Below, in pieces: positions 24,793-36,294 of a DNA stretch of 64,000 nt. Each line of letters begins with the position of its first letter. The stretch's first letter is position 1. Source of the stretch: an uncultured Aliarcobacter sp. (GTDB lineage: Bacteria; Campylobacterota; Campylobacteria; Campylobacterales; Arcobacteraceae); assembly GCA_963677435.1 (NCBI GenBank), contig OY781945.1:736001-800000 (forward strand), in the 5' to 3' direction. Under the pieces are notes generated by a model that saw nothing but the letters and a program-made list of their open reading frames with translations, was not told the DNA's origin and searched no databases. The position numbers and the translations under genes were made by a program.

Positions 24793-26712
24793 TTAATCCT
24801 TTAAATTTTCATCAGGTGGCATTATATCGTCTTTTATATTTTTGTCAAAAATTATATTCTCTTTTGGTATTAAATAATTTAATTTTACTAAATTTTGTAT
24901 TACTTCTTTAAATACAGGAACAGCAGATGATGCAGCGTAGTGATAATACCAGTTAACACCTGTAGATATTGGATTAAAAACAGTAACACCAATTGTGTAT
25001 GAGTTATTATGTTCATCATTAACAAAACCAATAAAAGAGGAGATATACTCTTTTAAATATTTTCCACCACGAGCTATTTGTGCAGTTCCTGTTTTCCCTC
25101 CTATTTCTAAACCTTCAATTCTTGCTGATTTTCCTGTTCCATCTTCTACTGTTCTTACTAAAAGTCTTTTCATCTCATCGGCAGTTTGTTTTGAAATTAT
25201 TCTTTCAGGTTTTGTGTCATTAGCTTTATATTGATTATTGTCATATGTTAGGTGAGAAACAATTCTTGGAGTAATCATATATCCATCATTATTGAATGCT
25301 GAGTAGGCTTTAATTAGTTGAATAAATGTAGATGTCATTCCTTGTCCAAAAGAAACGGTTGCTTTAAAAACATTATCTTTTTTATCTTTATCTCCAGCAG
25401 AAAATTGCCAAATTTTTGGCATAACACCTTTTTTTTCATATGGTAAATCTATTCCTGATTTTCTTGTAAATCCAAATCTTTTCATACCTTCATAAAATTC
25501 TGGACCACTTAGTCTTTGCGCAATTTGTAGTGTTCCTATATTTGATGAAAACATTACTATGTCATCAATTGATAAATTATGTTTAGAAAATTCATGGTCA
25601 TCTTTTATTGTAAATCTACCTAGTTTATATGCACCTTTTGGGAAAACACCTTTAGAGTTTTTTGTTCCTTCATTAAATGCATAAAAGTTTTCATTTCTTT
25701 TTACTAAATTCTTATCTAGTGCAAGAGAAATTGATATTGGTTTTATTACAGATCCTGGTTCATATTGGTATTCAATTGCATTAACATTTAAATTTGGGAT
25801 ATCTTCTTTTGCAATTTTCTCAGGATTAAATCTATTTGATGAAGCCATTGTAATGATTTTTCCAGTTTTATTTTCCATTATTGAAACAATAATTTCATCA
25901 GCACTTAGTTTCTTTTTATATAAATCAAGAGTAAGCTCATTGTTTTTTTGTAGTTTTAATGGAATATTTAAATTTAAAGTTGCTCCATCTACTCTTTTTC
26001 TAATTATTGAATTTTTATCAAATGAGATGTATGATAATACATCTCTATCTCCTTGCAAAATCCCATCTTTTGATTGGTTTAATACTTTGTTATAATATTT
26101 TTCTAAACCTTTAATACCATTAACTTTTGTTTTACCTGCTTCTGATTCAAATTTTGAAATATAACCTACAACAGGAGTTAAAGTATCAGCATATGAGAAA
26201 GTTCTTTTTTCTCCACTTTCACTAATTGTCAAACCTCTTAATATTTTTACTCCATTTATTTGTTTACTTGTAAAAACATCCAATTGGATTAATTTAAAAG
26301 CTAATTCTTTTAAATTTTTTGCTGATCTTGAATCAATACTATATGAAAGAACTAAACTTCCAGGATCTTTTTTCCCCTCTGCTAATTTTTCTTTTAAAGT
26401 GTCATAATCAATTCCACTATAAATTGAAAAAAGATTTAAAAAAAGCTCTTCTTTTAGCGGATCAAGATACCTTGTATCAATCATAGCTTTATAAACTTTT
26501 TTTGATGAAGCAATTTTAAAATTATCAGAACTAATTATATCTCCTCTTACGGATAACTCTGATTTTTCTCCCTTTAAAGAGGGCATGTGTCTTTTTTCAG
26601 TTATCGTTCTAAACACTGAAAAAAATAGAATACATAGAAATAAAAATATAAATGAAAATAGTATTACTATTTTTTTTGTTTTATCAACTTTTTCGATTTT
26701 TTTTGAAGGCAT
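24793..26712 (-). CDS. ftsI: Class B penicillin-binding protein (FtsI/PBP3-like)
   Basis: EPGSVIK (SxxK), SSN, KTGT; divergent from ftsW; likely start MPSKK at 26712. Confidence 0.85.
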   Translation of the reverse strand: MPSKKIEKVDKTKKIVILFSFIFLFLCILFFSVFRTITEKRHMPSLKGEKSELSVRGDIISSDNFKIASSKKVYKAMIDTRYLDPLKEELFLNLFSIYSGIDYDTLKEKLAEGKKDPGSLVLSYSIDSRSAKNLKELAFKLIQLDVFTSKQINGVKILRGLTISESGEKRTFSYADTLTPVVGYISKFESEAGKTKVNGIKGLEKYYNKVLNQSKDGILQGDRDVLSYISFDKNSIIRKRVDGATLNLNIPLKLQKNNELTLDLYKKKLSADEIIVSIMENKTGKIITMASSNRFNPEKIAKEDIPNLNVNAIEYQYEPGSVIKPISISLALDKNLVKRNENFYAFNEGTKNSKGVFPKGAYKLGRFTIKDDHEFSKHNLSIDDIVMFSSNIGTLQIAQRLSGPEFYEGMKRFGFTRKSGIDLPYEKKGVMPKIWQFSAGDKDKKDNVFKATVSFGQGMTSTFIQLIKAYSAFNNDGYMITPRIVSHLTYDNNQYKANDTKPERIISKQTADEMKRLLVRTVEDGTGKSARIEGLEIGGKTGTAQIARGGKYLKEYISSFIGFVNDEHNNSYTIGVTVFNPISTGVNWYYHYAASSAVPVFKEVIQNLVKLNYLIPKENIIFDKNIKDDIMPPDENLKD

Positions 26713-26740
26713 ATTTATCCATATTATTATATAATGAGAA

Positions 26741-27988
26741 ATGTATTTTAACAAAACTAATATTAAATCAAATAACAATAATTTAAATAATAATGAAGCT
26801 GACTATCCTTTATTTATATTGGTGTCAATATTAATTATAATAAGTATAGTTTTTTCATATTCCTTAACGGTTTATACTGTGGAATTTTTTGGATATGATC
26901 AATTTCACTTTTTTATAAGACAAGGATTGGTAGGAATTTCTGCAATTCTTTTAATGTGGTACTTTTCTTTATTAGATCCAGATAAAATAGTTAAAAAAAT
27001 TGGAATGGGGTTGTTTATAGGTTTTTTTATCATTATGATATTAATGCCTTTTTTACCAGGATTCATGGTAACTGAATCAGGGGGAGCAAATAGATGGATT
27101 AGGCTTCCTGGATTTTCCTTATCTCCTGTAGAATTTTTTAAGATTGGATTTATATATTTTTTATCTTGGTCTTTTCATAGAAAAGTAATTCATCAACCTA
27201 AAAAAATCGGATTAATAGAAGAGATGTTACTATTAGCTCCATACTTTTTTACTTTTTTTATTGTTGTATTTATTGTTGCATTTTTACAAAAAGATTTAGG
27301 TCAAGTTGTATTACTTGCCATTATTATGGTTGTTTTACTAATTTTTGCAAATAGGTCATTTAAAATATTTCTCACTTTAGGAACTATTGCAATTATTGGG
27401 GTGATTGGATTGATTATTGTGGCACCGCATAGGATTCAAAGGATTCACTCTTGGTGGGCGATGGTTCAAGATGGAATTTTATCAGTTTTACCTTCATGGG
27501 CGGAAACTTATCTTAGGATTGATGATTTACCTGAACCTTATCAAGTTTCACACTCATTAAATGCTATTCATAATGGTGGTTTTTTTGGACAAGGTGTAGC
27601 ATTAGGAGATTTAAAAGTTGGATTTCTATCTGAAGTTCATACTGACTTCGTACTAGCTGGAATAACTGAAGAAATTGGTTTAGTTGGATTAATGTTAATT
27701 TCAACAATTATGTTTTTGATTATTTGGAGAATTTTTAAAATTAGTAGAAGAGTAGAAAATCCAATTTACCATCTATTTACATTAGGAATTGCTTTAATGA
27801 TAATTATTGCATTTTTAATCAATTCCTATGGAATATCAGGAATGATCCCAATAAAAGGTATTGCTGTTCCTCTGCTATCTTATGGAGGTTCTTCAATGCT
27901 TTCTGTGGCATTAGCCATTGGTTTAGTATTATCAATTAGTAGAGTTGCAAAAGAAGAGAAAGTTATAAAAAAGGTTAAAGATAGATGA
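26741..27988 (+). CDS. ftsW: SEDS peptidoglycan polymerase FtsW
   Basis: GANRWI, SPVEFFK, QKDLG, EVHTDF, LLSYGGSS; followed by murG. Confidence 0.92.
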   Translation: MYFNKTNIKSNNNNLNNNEADYPLFILVSILIIISIVFSYSLTVYTVEFFGYDQFHFFIRQGLVGISAILLMWYFSLLDPDKIVKKIGMGLFIGFFIIMILMPFLPGFMVTESGGANRWIRLPGFSLSPVEFFKIGFIYFLSWSFHRKVIHQPKKIGLIEEMLLLAPYFFTFFIVVFIVAFLQKDLGQVVLLAIIMVVLLIFANRSFKIFLTLGTIAIIGVIGLIIVAPHRIQRIHSWWAMVQDGILSVLPSWAETYLRIDDLPEPYQVSHSLNAIHNGGFFGQGVALGDLKVGFLSEVHTDFVLAGITEEIGLVGLMLISTIMFLIIWRIFKISRRVENPIYHLFTLGIALMIIIAFLINSYGISGMIPIKGIAVPLLSYGGSSMLSVALAIGLVLSISRVAKEEKVIKKVKDR

Positions 27989-29016
27989 ATGGAACAGTAG
28001 TTGTTACAGGTGGTGGAACAGGTGGGCATTTAAAAGTTGCAGATGCTTTTATTGAAGAGTTTCATAATAGAGGAATAAGTGTAATTTTTATTGGGTCTTC
28101 AAATGGCCAAGATAAAGCATGGTTTGAACATGATAGAAGATTGAAAAAGGCTATTTTTCTAGATACAAGAGGAGTTGTTAATAAAAGTTCATTTGGAAAA
28201 GTTCTATCTTTATTAAATATATTTTCAAAAACTCTATATTGTTTAAATTTTTATGCAAAGTACAATGTTAAAACTGTTATTTCTGTTGGAGGATTTTCTG
28301 CTGCAGCTGCAACTTTTGCCTCAATTTTAAAATTTGGATGTAAATTATATATTCATGAACAAAACTCAAAGATGGGTAAATTAAATGAAATTACATCAAA
28401 ATTTGCAACTGAAGTCTTTTCTTCATTTGATGAAAACTCTTTAGTAAAAGATTATCCAGTTGCAAAAGAGTTTTTTGATACAGCAAGAGTAAGAGATAAG
28501 GTTAAAACTATTGCATTTTTTGGTGGTTCTCAAGGGGCAATTTGTATAAATGATTTTGCTTTAAAAGTTGCACCCACTCTAAATGAAATGGGAATAAAAA
28601 TTATTCATCAAACAGGTAAAAATGACTTTGAAAGAGTTAAAGCTGAATATAAAAAACTAGATATAAGTGTAGATGTTTTTGATTTCTCAAAAGATATACC
28701 AAATAAAATGGCAGCAGCAGATTTTGCAGTTAGTCGAGCAGGCGCTTCAACTTTATGGGAATTATGTGCAAATTCATTACCCACTTTTTTTATTCCATTT
28801 AAATATGCAGCTGGTGATCATCAATACTATAATGCAAAAGTTTTATTTGATAAAGGTTTATGTTTTTTAAAAAGAGAAGAAGAGTTAAATGAAGAAGATT
28901 TTTTTAAAGCTATAAATTCAGATATTCATAAAATTAGCATTGAATTAATTGGTTCTGTTAATTCAAATGCTATTTCTTTAATTTTAAATATTATTTTAGA
29001 AAATAATAAGAAGTAA
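27985..29016 (+). CDS. murG: Lipid II GlcNAc transferase MurG
   Basis: [32 protein letters not shown]. Confidence 0.95.
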   Translation: MNGTVVVTGGGTGGHLKVADAFIEEFHNRGISVIFIGSSNGQDKAWFEHDRRLKKAIFLDTRGVVNKSSFGKVLSLLNIFSKTLYCLNFYAKYNVKTVISVGGFSAAAATFASILKFGCKLYIHEQNSKMGKLNEITSKFATEVFSSFDENSLVKDYPVAKEFFDTARVRDKVKTIAFFGGSQGAICINDFALKVAPTLNEMGIKIIHQTGKNDFERVKAEYKKLDISVDVFDFSKDIPNKMAAADFAVSRAGASTLWELCANSLPTFFIPFKYAAGDHQYYNAKVLFDKGLCFLKREEELNEEDFFKAINSDIHKISIELIGSVNSNAISLILNIILENNKK

Positions 29017-29763
29017 AACCCCAAATATTATTCTATAAATTCCAAAAGCTACGAAAGTAAACTTTTCTAGGAATTTTAGGAATACTTTTATCGTTAAAAA
29101 TGCCACAATAAAAGATACTGCAAATCCAACTGATAAAAGTAAAAAATTACCACCAACTAAAAGTTCATCATGATGTTTTAATATATCATAAGCAGTAGTT
29201 GCACACATAACAGGAAAAGCTAATAAAAATGAAAATTCAGCACTTGTCTTTCTATTAAGTCCCATTAACATTGCCCCAATAATACTAGCACCAGCTCTAC
29301 TTGTTCCAGGAATTAATGCAAATATTTGTGCAATTCCAATCCATAATGCTTGTTTATATGTAACATCTTCAACATCTAAAGTATGTGTAGTTTCTTCTTT
29401 ATAAAACTTTTCAACAATTAAAAAAACAATTCCACCTATTATAAACATCACTGCAACTATTTCTATACTAAACATTGCTTTAACTTGTTTAGAAAATAAA
29501 AAACCAAGAGCTGCAATTGGTAAAAATGCTATAAATACCTTAGTCCATAAAGTAATATGCTTAAAAGTGAATTTTGATGGATAAGTTAAAATAACTGCTA
29601 ATATTGCAGCAAATTGAATAATTACTTCAAAAGCTTTATTTACACTTGTTTGTTCTAATCCCATAAATTCACTAGCAACTATCATATGTCCTGTTGATGA
29701 TATTGGTAGAAATTCTGTAAATCCTTCTATTATTCCAAGAATAACAGAGTCAAAAATTGTCAT
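28996..29763 (-). CDS. uppP: Undecaprenyl-diphosphatase
   Basis: [27 protein letters not shown]. Confidence 0.96.
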   Translation of the reverse strand: MTIFDSVILGIIEGFTEFLPISSTGHMIVASEFMGLEQTSVNKAFEVIIQFAAILAVILTYPSKFTFKHITLWTKVFIAFLPIAALGFLFSKQVKAMFSIEIVAVMFIIGGIVFLIVEKFYKEETTHTLDVEDVTYKQALWIGIAQIFALIPGTSRAGASIIGAMLMGLNRKTSAEFSFLLAFPVMCATTAYDILKHHDELLVGGNFLLLSVGFAVSFIVAFLTIKVFLKFLEKFTFVAFGIYRIIFGVLLLIIF

Positions 29764-30422
29764 TTTAATCCTTTTTCTTTTGTTAATTTTAAGAAGAGTT
29801 TTAAAGCTCTTTTTTCTTTTATTCCTAAGTCATAATCTATTTTTTTAAGATATTCAATAATATGTTTTTTTGAAACACCACTTCTGATTGCGTATTGCTC
29901 TAATATGTACTGAGGAATTTTAATATATCTTTTATTGAAGTTTTTTGTAAGTTTTGTTAATGCTTTTTCATTTGCATTAAAACATAATACAGCAAAAACA
30001 AAAGGTAGGTTATATTTGTTTTTCCACAGTTTTGCTAAGTCTATTTTTTCTGCATCTTTATTTTCATGGTAAAAATTTAATGCCTTATCTCCAATTATTA
30101 CTTTTCCTTTTAAGTCTAAAACTTTTGCAAGTGCATTTGATGTTTTAGATTGATAATCACTTTGTTCGATTCCTGGAACTAATAGAACTGATAAAACTTC
30201 ATCCCTTGCAATAATTCCAAAATCTAAAAATTTTTCATTTCTTGAAGCAATTGAAGATATAAATGCACTATCAACTTTTCTTTTTTTAAATTTATTAGTT
30301 ATTAAAGATGGATAAGATTTTTTATACTCAATACTAGCTTTTAATTGAGAAGATTTGATATTTTTTTTGATAAATATGTGAAAGGGTAGTAAATTAATAA
30401 AATCTATTTTTGCAAATATCAT
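29760..30422 (-). CDS. mqnA: Chorismate dehydratase MqnA-like (futalosine menaquinone pathway)
   Basis: Start [14 protein letters not shown] at 30422; V-x-SV, SKTSNAL, IGDKAL, DLAKLW...LPFVFA. Confidence 0.8.
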   Translation of the reverse strand: MIFAKIDFINLLPFHIFIKKNIKSSQLKASIEYKKSYPSLITNKFKKRKVDSAFISSIASRNEKFLDFGIIARDEVLSVLLVPGIEQSDYQSKTSNALAKVLDLKGKVIIGDKALNFYHENKDAEKIDLAKLWKNKYNLPFVFAVLCFNANEKALTKLTKNFNKRYIKIPQYILEQYAIRSGVSKKHIIEYLKKIDYDLGIKEKRALKLFLKLTKEKGLK

Positions 30423-30492
30423 GAAATATTTGTCCTTATTATGGTAAAATTTTTTTGATATGGTAATACAAATATTATAAAAGAGGGTTAAA

Positions 30493-30714
30493 ATGGTTAA
30501 AATAGAATTTCTAGGACCAATAAATAAAGATGATATGGATTTAGATATAGATAATTTATCGCAATTGAGTGAAATTTTAAAAAATGATAAAGAGGTTTCA
30601 ACATGGCTTGAAACTTGCGCTGTTGCTATTAATGATACACTAATTTGTTCAAAAGATGTAAAATTAAATGATGGAGATAAAATCTCATTACTTCCTCCTG
30701 TTTGTGGTGGTTGA
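30493..30714 (+). CDS. moaD: Molybdopterin synthase sulfur carrier subunit
   Basis: 73 aa ending LLPPVCGG; adjacent to moaE. Confidence 0.93.
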   Translation: MVKIEFLGPINKDDMDLDIDNLSQLSEILKNDKEVSTWLETCAVAINDTLICSKDVKLNDGDKISLLPPVCGG

Positions 30715-30717
30715 ATA

Positions 30718-31173
30718 ATGCAAGATAGAAAAGATTTCTTACAACTATTTGATGGATGTTTGCCTGTAGAAAAGATTACAAATTTTTGGTATGACAAATA
30801 TAGAAATTCAAATTATGGTGCAATTATTACTTTTGTGGGAGTCGTAAGAGATGAAAATAAAATTGAAGGTTTATCTTTTGATATTTACGAACCTATATTA
30901 AACTCATGGTTTGATAAGTGGCAAGAAAAAGCTAAAGAAAAAAATGCAATAGTTTTAATGGCTCATAGCAAGGGAGATGTTTTAAACCATGAAAGCTCAT
31001 ATATAGCAGCTGTTTGTAGTTCTAAAAGAAGAGTTGCCTTAGAATTAATTGATGAATTTGTTGAAGATTTTAAAGCACAAGCTCCAATTTGGAAATATGA
31101 CATTATAAATAAACAAAGAGTTTATGCAAAAGATAGAAGTACAGCAATAACTGGTGCTGGTATTTTATTATAA
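30718..31173 (+). CDS. moaE: Molybdopterin synthase catalytic subunit
   Basis: GAIITFVGVVR, FKAQAPIWK. Confidence 0.93.
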   Translation: MQDRKDFLQLFDGCLPVEKITNFWYDKYRNSNYGAIITFVGVVRDENKIEGLSFDIYEPILNSWFDKWQEKAKEKNAIVLMAHSKGDVLNHESSYIAAVCSSKRRVALELIDEFVEDFKAQAPIWKYDIINKQRVYAKDRSTAITGAGILL

Positions 31174-31191
31174 ATATTAAATAGGAAAAAA

Positions 31192-31992
31192 ATGAGAGTA
31201 GATTTACACAATCATACAATATTATGTAATCATGCAGAAGGTAGTGTTGAAGAGTATGTTCAACGAGCTATTGAATTAGGCATTGATGAATATGGGTTTT
31301 CTGATCATGCACCAATGAATTATGATCCAAAATATAGAATGGATATTTCTCAAAAAGAGTTGTATGAAAAATGGGTACTTGATGCAAAAGAAAAATACAA
31401 AGATAAAATCAAAGTTTTATTAGCTTATGAAGTTGATTATCTAGATGGTTATATTTTAGATGAAATAATTAATGCAAAAGTTGATTATTTAATAGGATCT
31501 GTACATTTTCTAAAAAATAAAAATGACATGTGGGGGTTTGATAATCCTGAATTTATTGGAGTTTATAAATCAAAAGATATTGATTCAATATGGGTTGAAT
31601 ATTTTGATGCAATAAAATCAATGGCTAAAACAAATCTATTTGATATTGTTGGGCATTTTGATTTAATAAAAGTGTTTAAATTTTTACCAAAAAAAGATAT
31701 TAGATCACTGGCAAAAGATGCATTAAATGAAATAAAAAAATCAAATATGGTTTTAGAAATTAATCCAGCAGGTTTGAGAAAACCTATTAATGAAACATAT
31801 CCTTCTAAACAATTACTTGAATTGGCCTTTGAAATGGGAATTGATATTACTTTTGGTTCAGATGCCCATAGTGTTGAGCAAGTTGGATTTATGTATGATG
31901 ATGCATATACACTTGCAAAAGAGATTGGATTTAACCACTGTATTAGTTTTGATAATAGAGAAAAAAGAGTAATTAAGTTTGATAATAAATGA
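31192..31992 (+). CDS. hisJ: PHP-family histidinol-phosphatase
   Basis: DLHNH, SDHAP, IGSVH, GHFD, GSDAH. Confidence 0.82.
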   Translation: MRVDLHNHTILCNHAEGSVEEYVQRAIELGIDEYGFSDHAPMNYDPKYRMDISQKELYEKWVLDAKEKYKDKIKVLLAYEVDYLDGYILDEIINAKVDYLIGSVHFLKNKNDMWGFDNPEFIGVYKSKDIDSIWVEYFDAIKSMAKTNLFDIVGHFDLIKVFKFLPKKDIRSLAKDALNEIKKSNMVLEINPAGLRKPINETYPSKQLLELAFEMGIDITFGSDAHSVEQVGFMYDDAYTLAKEIGFNHCISFDNREKRVIKFDNK

Positions 31993-32011
31993 TATATAAT
32001 ATTTTTATTAT

Positions 32012-32034
32012 AGTTGTATAAAAAATATACAGCT
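32012..32034. promoter_or_regulatory. Candidate operator (inverted repeat) upstream of glnA
   Basis: AGTTGTATA-AAAAA-TATACAGCT; core TGTATA-N5-TATACA is perfect. Confidence 0.45.
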
Positions 32035-32098
32035 GTTTTATTTTATTTTATTTTATTTTAGATAAAATGTTTTAAATAATTTTGAAGGAGTTAAACCT

Positions 32099-33526
32099 AT
32101 GGGAAAGTTTGTTAATAATACTGAAGAGTTTTTTGAATATTGTAAAAGTAATGAGGTTAAATTTGTAGATTTTAGATTTACAGATATGAAAGGTATGTGG
32201 CACCATGTTACATATATGATGAGTGCTGTTAGTTCATCTCAATTAGATAATGGTATGCCTTTTGATGGTTCGTCAATTGATGCTTGGCAACCAATTCACA
32301 GATCAGATATGTTATTAAAACCAGATGTTGGTACTGCATTTTTAGATCCATTTACTGCTGATTCTACAATTATTGTTATTTGTGATGTTTATGACATCTA
32401 CAAAGGTGAGATGTATGAAAAATGTCCAAGATCAATTGCTAAAAAAGCTTTAACACATTTAACTGAATCAGGTGTTGGTGATGTTGCTTATTTTGGGCCA
32501 GAAAATGAATTTTTTATCTTTGAAGATGTAAAAATTATTGATAAAGCAAATGAATCATACTATAAAGTTGATTCAGAAGATGGTGAATGGAATGATGCTG
32601 CTGATATGGAAGGTGGAAACATGGGCCATAGAGCAAGAACTAAAGGTGGTTACTTCCCTGTAGCTCCAATTGATACTGGTGTTGATTTAAGAGCTGAAAT
32701 GATGCAAGTATTAGAGCAAGTTGGTTTAGAAGTTGTTCTTGGACACCATGAAGTTGCACAAGGTCAACATGAGTTAGGTGTTGTTTTTGGTGACTTAATT
32801 GAAGCTGCTGATAATGTTCAAAAATTAAAATATGTAATCAAAATGGTTGCACATTTAAATGGTAAATCTGCTACATTTATGCCAAAACCACTTTATGGTG
32901 ATAATGGAAATGGTATGCATGTACACCAATCAATTTGGAAAGATGGTAAAAACTTATTCTACAAACAAGGTGAGTATGGAAACCTTTCTGAAATGGCTAG
33001 ACATTATATCGGTGGTGTATTTAAACACGCACGTGCAGTTGCTGCATTTACTAATCCATCAACTAACTCTTACAAAAGATTAATTCCAGGATTTGAAGCT
33101 CCTTCAATCTTAACTTACTCTTCACAAAACAGATCTGCATCTTGTAGAATTCCTTATGGTGCTGGTGAAAAAGCAACTAGAATTGAAATGAGATTCCCAG
33201 ATTCAACTGCTTGTCCTTATTTAGGATTTGCTGCAATGTTATGTGCTGGATTAGATGGTATTAAAAACAAATATGAGCCAGTAGGTCCAATGGATGATGA
33301 CTTATTTGAATTACCATTAGATGAAATTAGAGAAAGAGGAATTCCTCAAATGCCTCATACTTTAAGAGGTGCATTAGAAGCATTAGTAAGAGATAATGAT
33401 TTCTTACAACCAGTATTTACAAAAGATATGATAGATACTTACCAACATTATAAATTTGAAACTCAAGTATGGCCTTATGAAGCAAGACCTACTCCATTTG
33501 AATTAAAAACTACATATTCTTGCTAG
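32099..33526 (+). CDS. glnA: Glutamine synthetase type I
   Basis: [20 protein letters not shown]-x3-[30 protein letters not shown]. Confidence 0.98.
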   Translation: MGKFVNNTEEFFEYCKSNEVKFVDFRFTDMKGMWHHVTYMMSAVSSSQLDNGMPFDGSSIDAWQPIHRSDMLLKPDVGTAFLDPFTADSTIIVICDVYDIYKGEMYEKCPRSIAKKALTHLTESGVGDVAYFGPENEFFIFEDVKIIDKANESYYKVDSEDGEWNDAADMEGGNMGHRARTKGGYFPVAPIDTGVDLRAEMMQVLEQVGLEVVLGHHEVAQGQHELGVVFGDLIEAADNVQKLKYVIKMVAHLNGKSATFMPKPLYGDNGNGMHVHQSIWKDGKNLFYKQGEYGNLSEMARHYIGGVFKHARAVAAFTNPSTNSYKRLIPGFEAPSILTYSSQNRSASCRIPYGAGEKATRIEMRFPDSTACPYLGFAAMLCAGLDGIKNKYEPVGPMDDDLFELPLDEIRERGIPQMPHTLRGALEALVRDNDFLQPVFTKDMIDTYQHYKFETQVWPYEARPTPFELKTTYSC

Positions 33527-33544
33527 TATAAATTTAATTTAAAT

Positions 33545-33579
33545 AAAAAAGGGTAAGTTTTAAAACTTACCCTTTTTTT
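33545..33579. terminator. Bidirectional intrinsic terminator between glnA and the PBP1A gene
   Basis: AAAAAAGGGTAAGTTTTAAAACTTACCCTTTTTT. Confidence 0.88.
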
Positions 33580-33614
33580 ATGTCTGAAATTTTAATGATT
33601 AGAAAAACTAATCA

Positions 33615-35588
33615 TTAGAAATCTAAAACTTCTTGTCCTGGATTTTGTGGTTCAACTTGGAACTCAACATCAGGAAGAGGAGACATATCCGTATAAAGTT
33701 CATCTTTACCTTTAATATTTGATGTATAAACATTTGGAGGCATTACAAAAGTTCTAGGGATTTCTGGATGTATTTCCATATATTTTTTATAATAATTAGA
33801 AAATGCTGGACCTGCAATTCTTCCACCAGTTTCTGTTCTTCTCATTGGTGTATTATTATCATTTCCAAACCAAATTATAGTTTGAATTGATGGTGAATAT
33901 CCACAAAACCAAGCATCAATATTATCATTAGTTGTTCCAGTTTTTCCAGCAATTTCAATACCTGGAACTTGCGCATTTTTTCCAGTACCATTATTTACAA
34001 CATTATTTAATATAGTAGTCATTAAATAAATTTGTTCAGGTTTTTCAATTTCTTTTGTTTGTGGGCCAAATGTTACAGTATTACCACTTTGATTTACAAT
34101 TTGTTCAATTATATAAGGTTTTACTTGAGTACCAGCATTTGAGAACATGCTATAAGATTCACTATAATCAATTAATGAAACACTCATCGAACCAAGAGTG
34201 ATTGATAGATTGTTAGGTACATCATTAAATCCATAATTTTTTAATTCTTTCATTACTGTATCAATTCCAACATCTGTTACTAAATTTAAAGTAGATAAAT
34301 TTCTTGAATCTGTTAATGATTCTTTAAGACTTACAATTCCTTCAAATTTTCCACCATAATTTTTGGGTTGCCATTTTTTCTGTACACCACCAACCGTATA
34401 ATTAAAAGTTCTTGATATATCAATTAATTGTGATGCAGGATTGTAGCCATTATCTAATGCAACTTGATATAAGAAAGGTTTGATTGAACTTCCTGCTTGT
34501 CTTTTTGATTGAAAAGCTCTATTAAACATTGATTGATTATAATCAATTCCACCACAAAGAGCTAAAATTTTCCCTGAATTGTTTTCCATAGATACAAGTG
34601 CACCATTTAACTCTTTTACATATGAGTCATCATTTGGCTTATTTTCTCTTTTTCTAAAATCTAAATCTCTTTTTAATGCTTCATTATATGCGTCTTTTAA
34701 ACTATTTTGTGCAATTTCTTGGGCATCTAAGTCAATAGTTAAATAAACTTTGTATCCACCATACAAAATATCTGGAATATCATTACTTAATAAACTTATT
34801 GCATAATCAACTGCATATGGAGCTAGATTTTTAGTTAAACTCTGATTATAAATCGTAGGAGTTTCTTTCATTGAACTTTCATATTGTTCTTTATTTATCC
34901 AACCTAATGTATTAAGTCTTGTAATAACTTGATTTGCTCGGGCTAGTGAGATTTTTAGATTTTTTGTAGGATCATAAAAACTAGGAGCCCTTGGAAGTCC
35001 TACTAATATTGCCATTTCTTTTAATGATAACTCATATAAATCTTTATTAAAATATCCCTTAGCTGCTGTTTTTATTCCATAATAACCATGACCAAAATAT
35101 ACATGATTCAAATATCTTTCTAAAATCTCTTCTTTTGTTAAAACAGTTTCAAGTCTAATAGCTAGAAGTGCTTCTTTTACTTTTCTTAATAATTTCTTTT
35201 CTCTAGTTAGAATTAGCATTTTAATTAATTGTTGAGTTAAAGTACTAGCTCCTTCAACAAATCCACCAGCTTTGATATCTTTTATTATTGCACGACTTAT
35301 TGCATCTGGATTAATACCATGATGTTCAAAAAATTGTGTATCTTCAATCGCAACTAAGCCTTCAATAATTCTTGCAGGAATATCATCATATTTTACATAT
35401 TCTCTATTTTCATCTTTGAAAGTATTTGCAATTAATTTTCCATTTCTATCAAAAAATTGAGTACTTTGTTTTGGTGTGTAGTTTACAACTACATCAATGT
35501 CATGTTTTATTTCGTCATATAGATTATATAGCCAACCAGCAGCAGCTAATCCTAAAATAATAAATAAACCAAAAATATATTTCATCAT
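33615..35588 (-). CDS. Class A penicillin-binding protein 1A
   Basis: EDTQFFEHHG, GASTLTQQ, RKVKE transglycosylase motifs; GSSIK, SRN, KTGT transpeptidase motifs. Confidence 0.93.
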   Translation of the reverse strand: MMKYIFGLFIILGLAAAGWLYNLYDEIKHDIDVVVNYTPKQSTQFFDRNGKLIANTFKDENREYVKYDDIPARIIEGLVAIEDTQFFEHHGINPDAISRAIIKDIKAGGFVEGASTLTQQLIKMLILTREKKLLRKVKEALLAIRLETVLTKEEILERYLNHVYFGHGYYGIKTAAKGYFNKDLYELSLKEMAILVGLPRAPSFYDPTKNLKISLARANQVITRLNTLGWINKEQYESSMKETPTIYNQSLTKNLAPYAVDYAISLLSNDIPDILYGGYKVYLTIDLDAQEIAQNSLKDAYNEALKRDLDFRKRENKPNDDSYVKELNGALVSMENNSGKILALCGGIDYNQSMFNRAFQSKRQAGSSIKPFLYQVALDNGYNPASQLIDISRTFNYTVGGVQKKWQPKNYGGKFEGIVSLKESLTDSRNLSTLNLVTDVGIDTVMKELKNYGFNDVPNNLSITLGSMSVSLIDYSESYSMFSNAGTQVKPYIIEQIVNQSGNTVTFGPQTKEIEKPEQIYLMTTILNNVVNNGTGKNAQVPGIEIAGKTGTTNDNIDAWFCGYSPSIQTIIWFGNDNNTPMRRTETGGRIAGPAFSNYYKKYMEIHPEIPRTFVMPPNVYTSNIKGKDELYTDMSPLPDVEFQVEPQNPGQEVLDF

Positions 35589-35589
35589 A

Positions 35590-36285
35590 TTATGTCCTAA
35601 AATTTTTATTTTTAAATGTTGAGTTAATTAGTCTTTTTGTGTAATCTTCTTTGGGTGTTGATAAAATATCATTAGTTGAACCTTTTTCAATTATCTCTCC
35701 ATTTTTTAAAATTATTATATTTTCACAAATTGTTTTAATTGAGTTTATATCGTGGGTTACAAATAGAATTAATATATTTAATCTATTTTTTATTTCATTT
35801 ATTAAATCAATAATATTGTTTTTGTTCTCTTCATCTAAGGCAGTTGTTGGCTCATCAAGTAATAGTAGTTTCACATCACGACTTAACGCAATTGCAATAA
35901 CAACTCTTTGAATTTGCCCACCACTTAATTGAGAAGGAAATTTTTTTAATATACTTTTATCAAGGCTAACTAAATTTAAAACTTCTTCTTTTTTTTCATC
36001 ACTACAAAAAAATTGATTTTTAATTCTTGTCATTGTTGATAGTGATGTAAATGGATTTTGTGGAATAAATCCAATTGTATGATAATTTAACTCAAAATTT
36101 GAATCAATTTGTTTTTCAACTTGTAAAGATGTTGGAAGTAGATTTAATAGAGCTTTTAAAGTTAATGATTTTCCACTTCCACTTTCACCAATTAACGCTG
36201 TAGAAGTTGATATATCAAAAGATATATCAACTAGTTTTTTTTCGTTGTTTTTTATTTCTAATTTTTTTATATTAATATTTAACAC
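35590..36285 (-). CDS. Peptide/nickel-type ABC ATPase with no adjacent permease
   Basis: GESGSGKS, PQNPFTSL, LSGGQIQR, DEPTTALD, THD. Confidence 0.85.
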   Translation of the reverse strand: MLNINIKKLEIKNNEKKLVDISFDISTSTALIGESGSGKSLTLKALLNLLPTSLQVEKQIDSNFELNYHTIGFIPQNPFTSLSTMTRIKNQFFCSDEKKEEVLNLVSLDKSILKKFPSQLSGGQIQRVVIAIALSRDVKLLLLDEPTTALDEENKNNIIDLINEIKNRLNILILFVTHDINSIKTICENIIILKNGEIIEKGSTNDILSTPKEDYTKRLINSTFKNKNFRT

Positions 36286-36294
36286 AATTTTTCT

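Noticed and set aside
29760..30797. 345-aa track version of the mqnA-like ORF
   Set aside because: The extension is the antisense of moaD/moaE; the recognisable protein starts at 30422. Over-long starts were also trimmed for SnoaL, trpG/pabA, ftsI, rplJ and ahpC.
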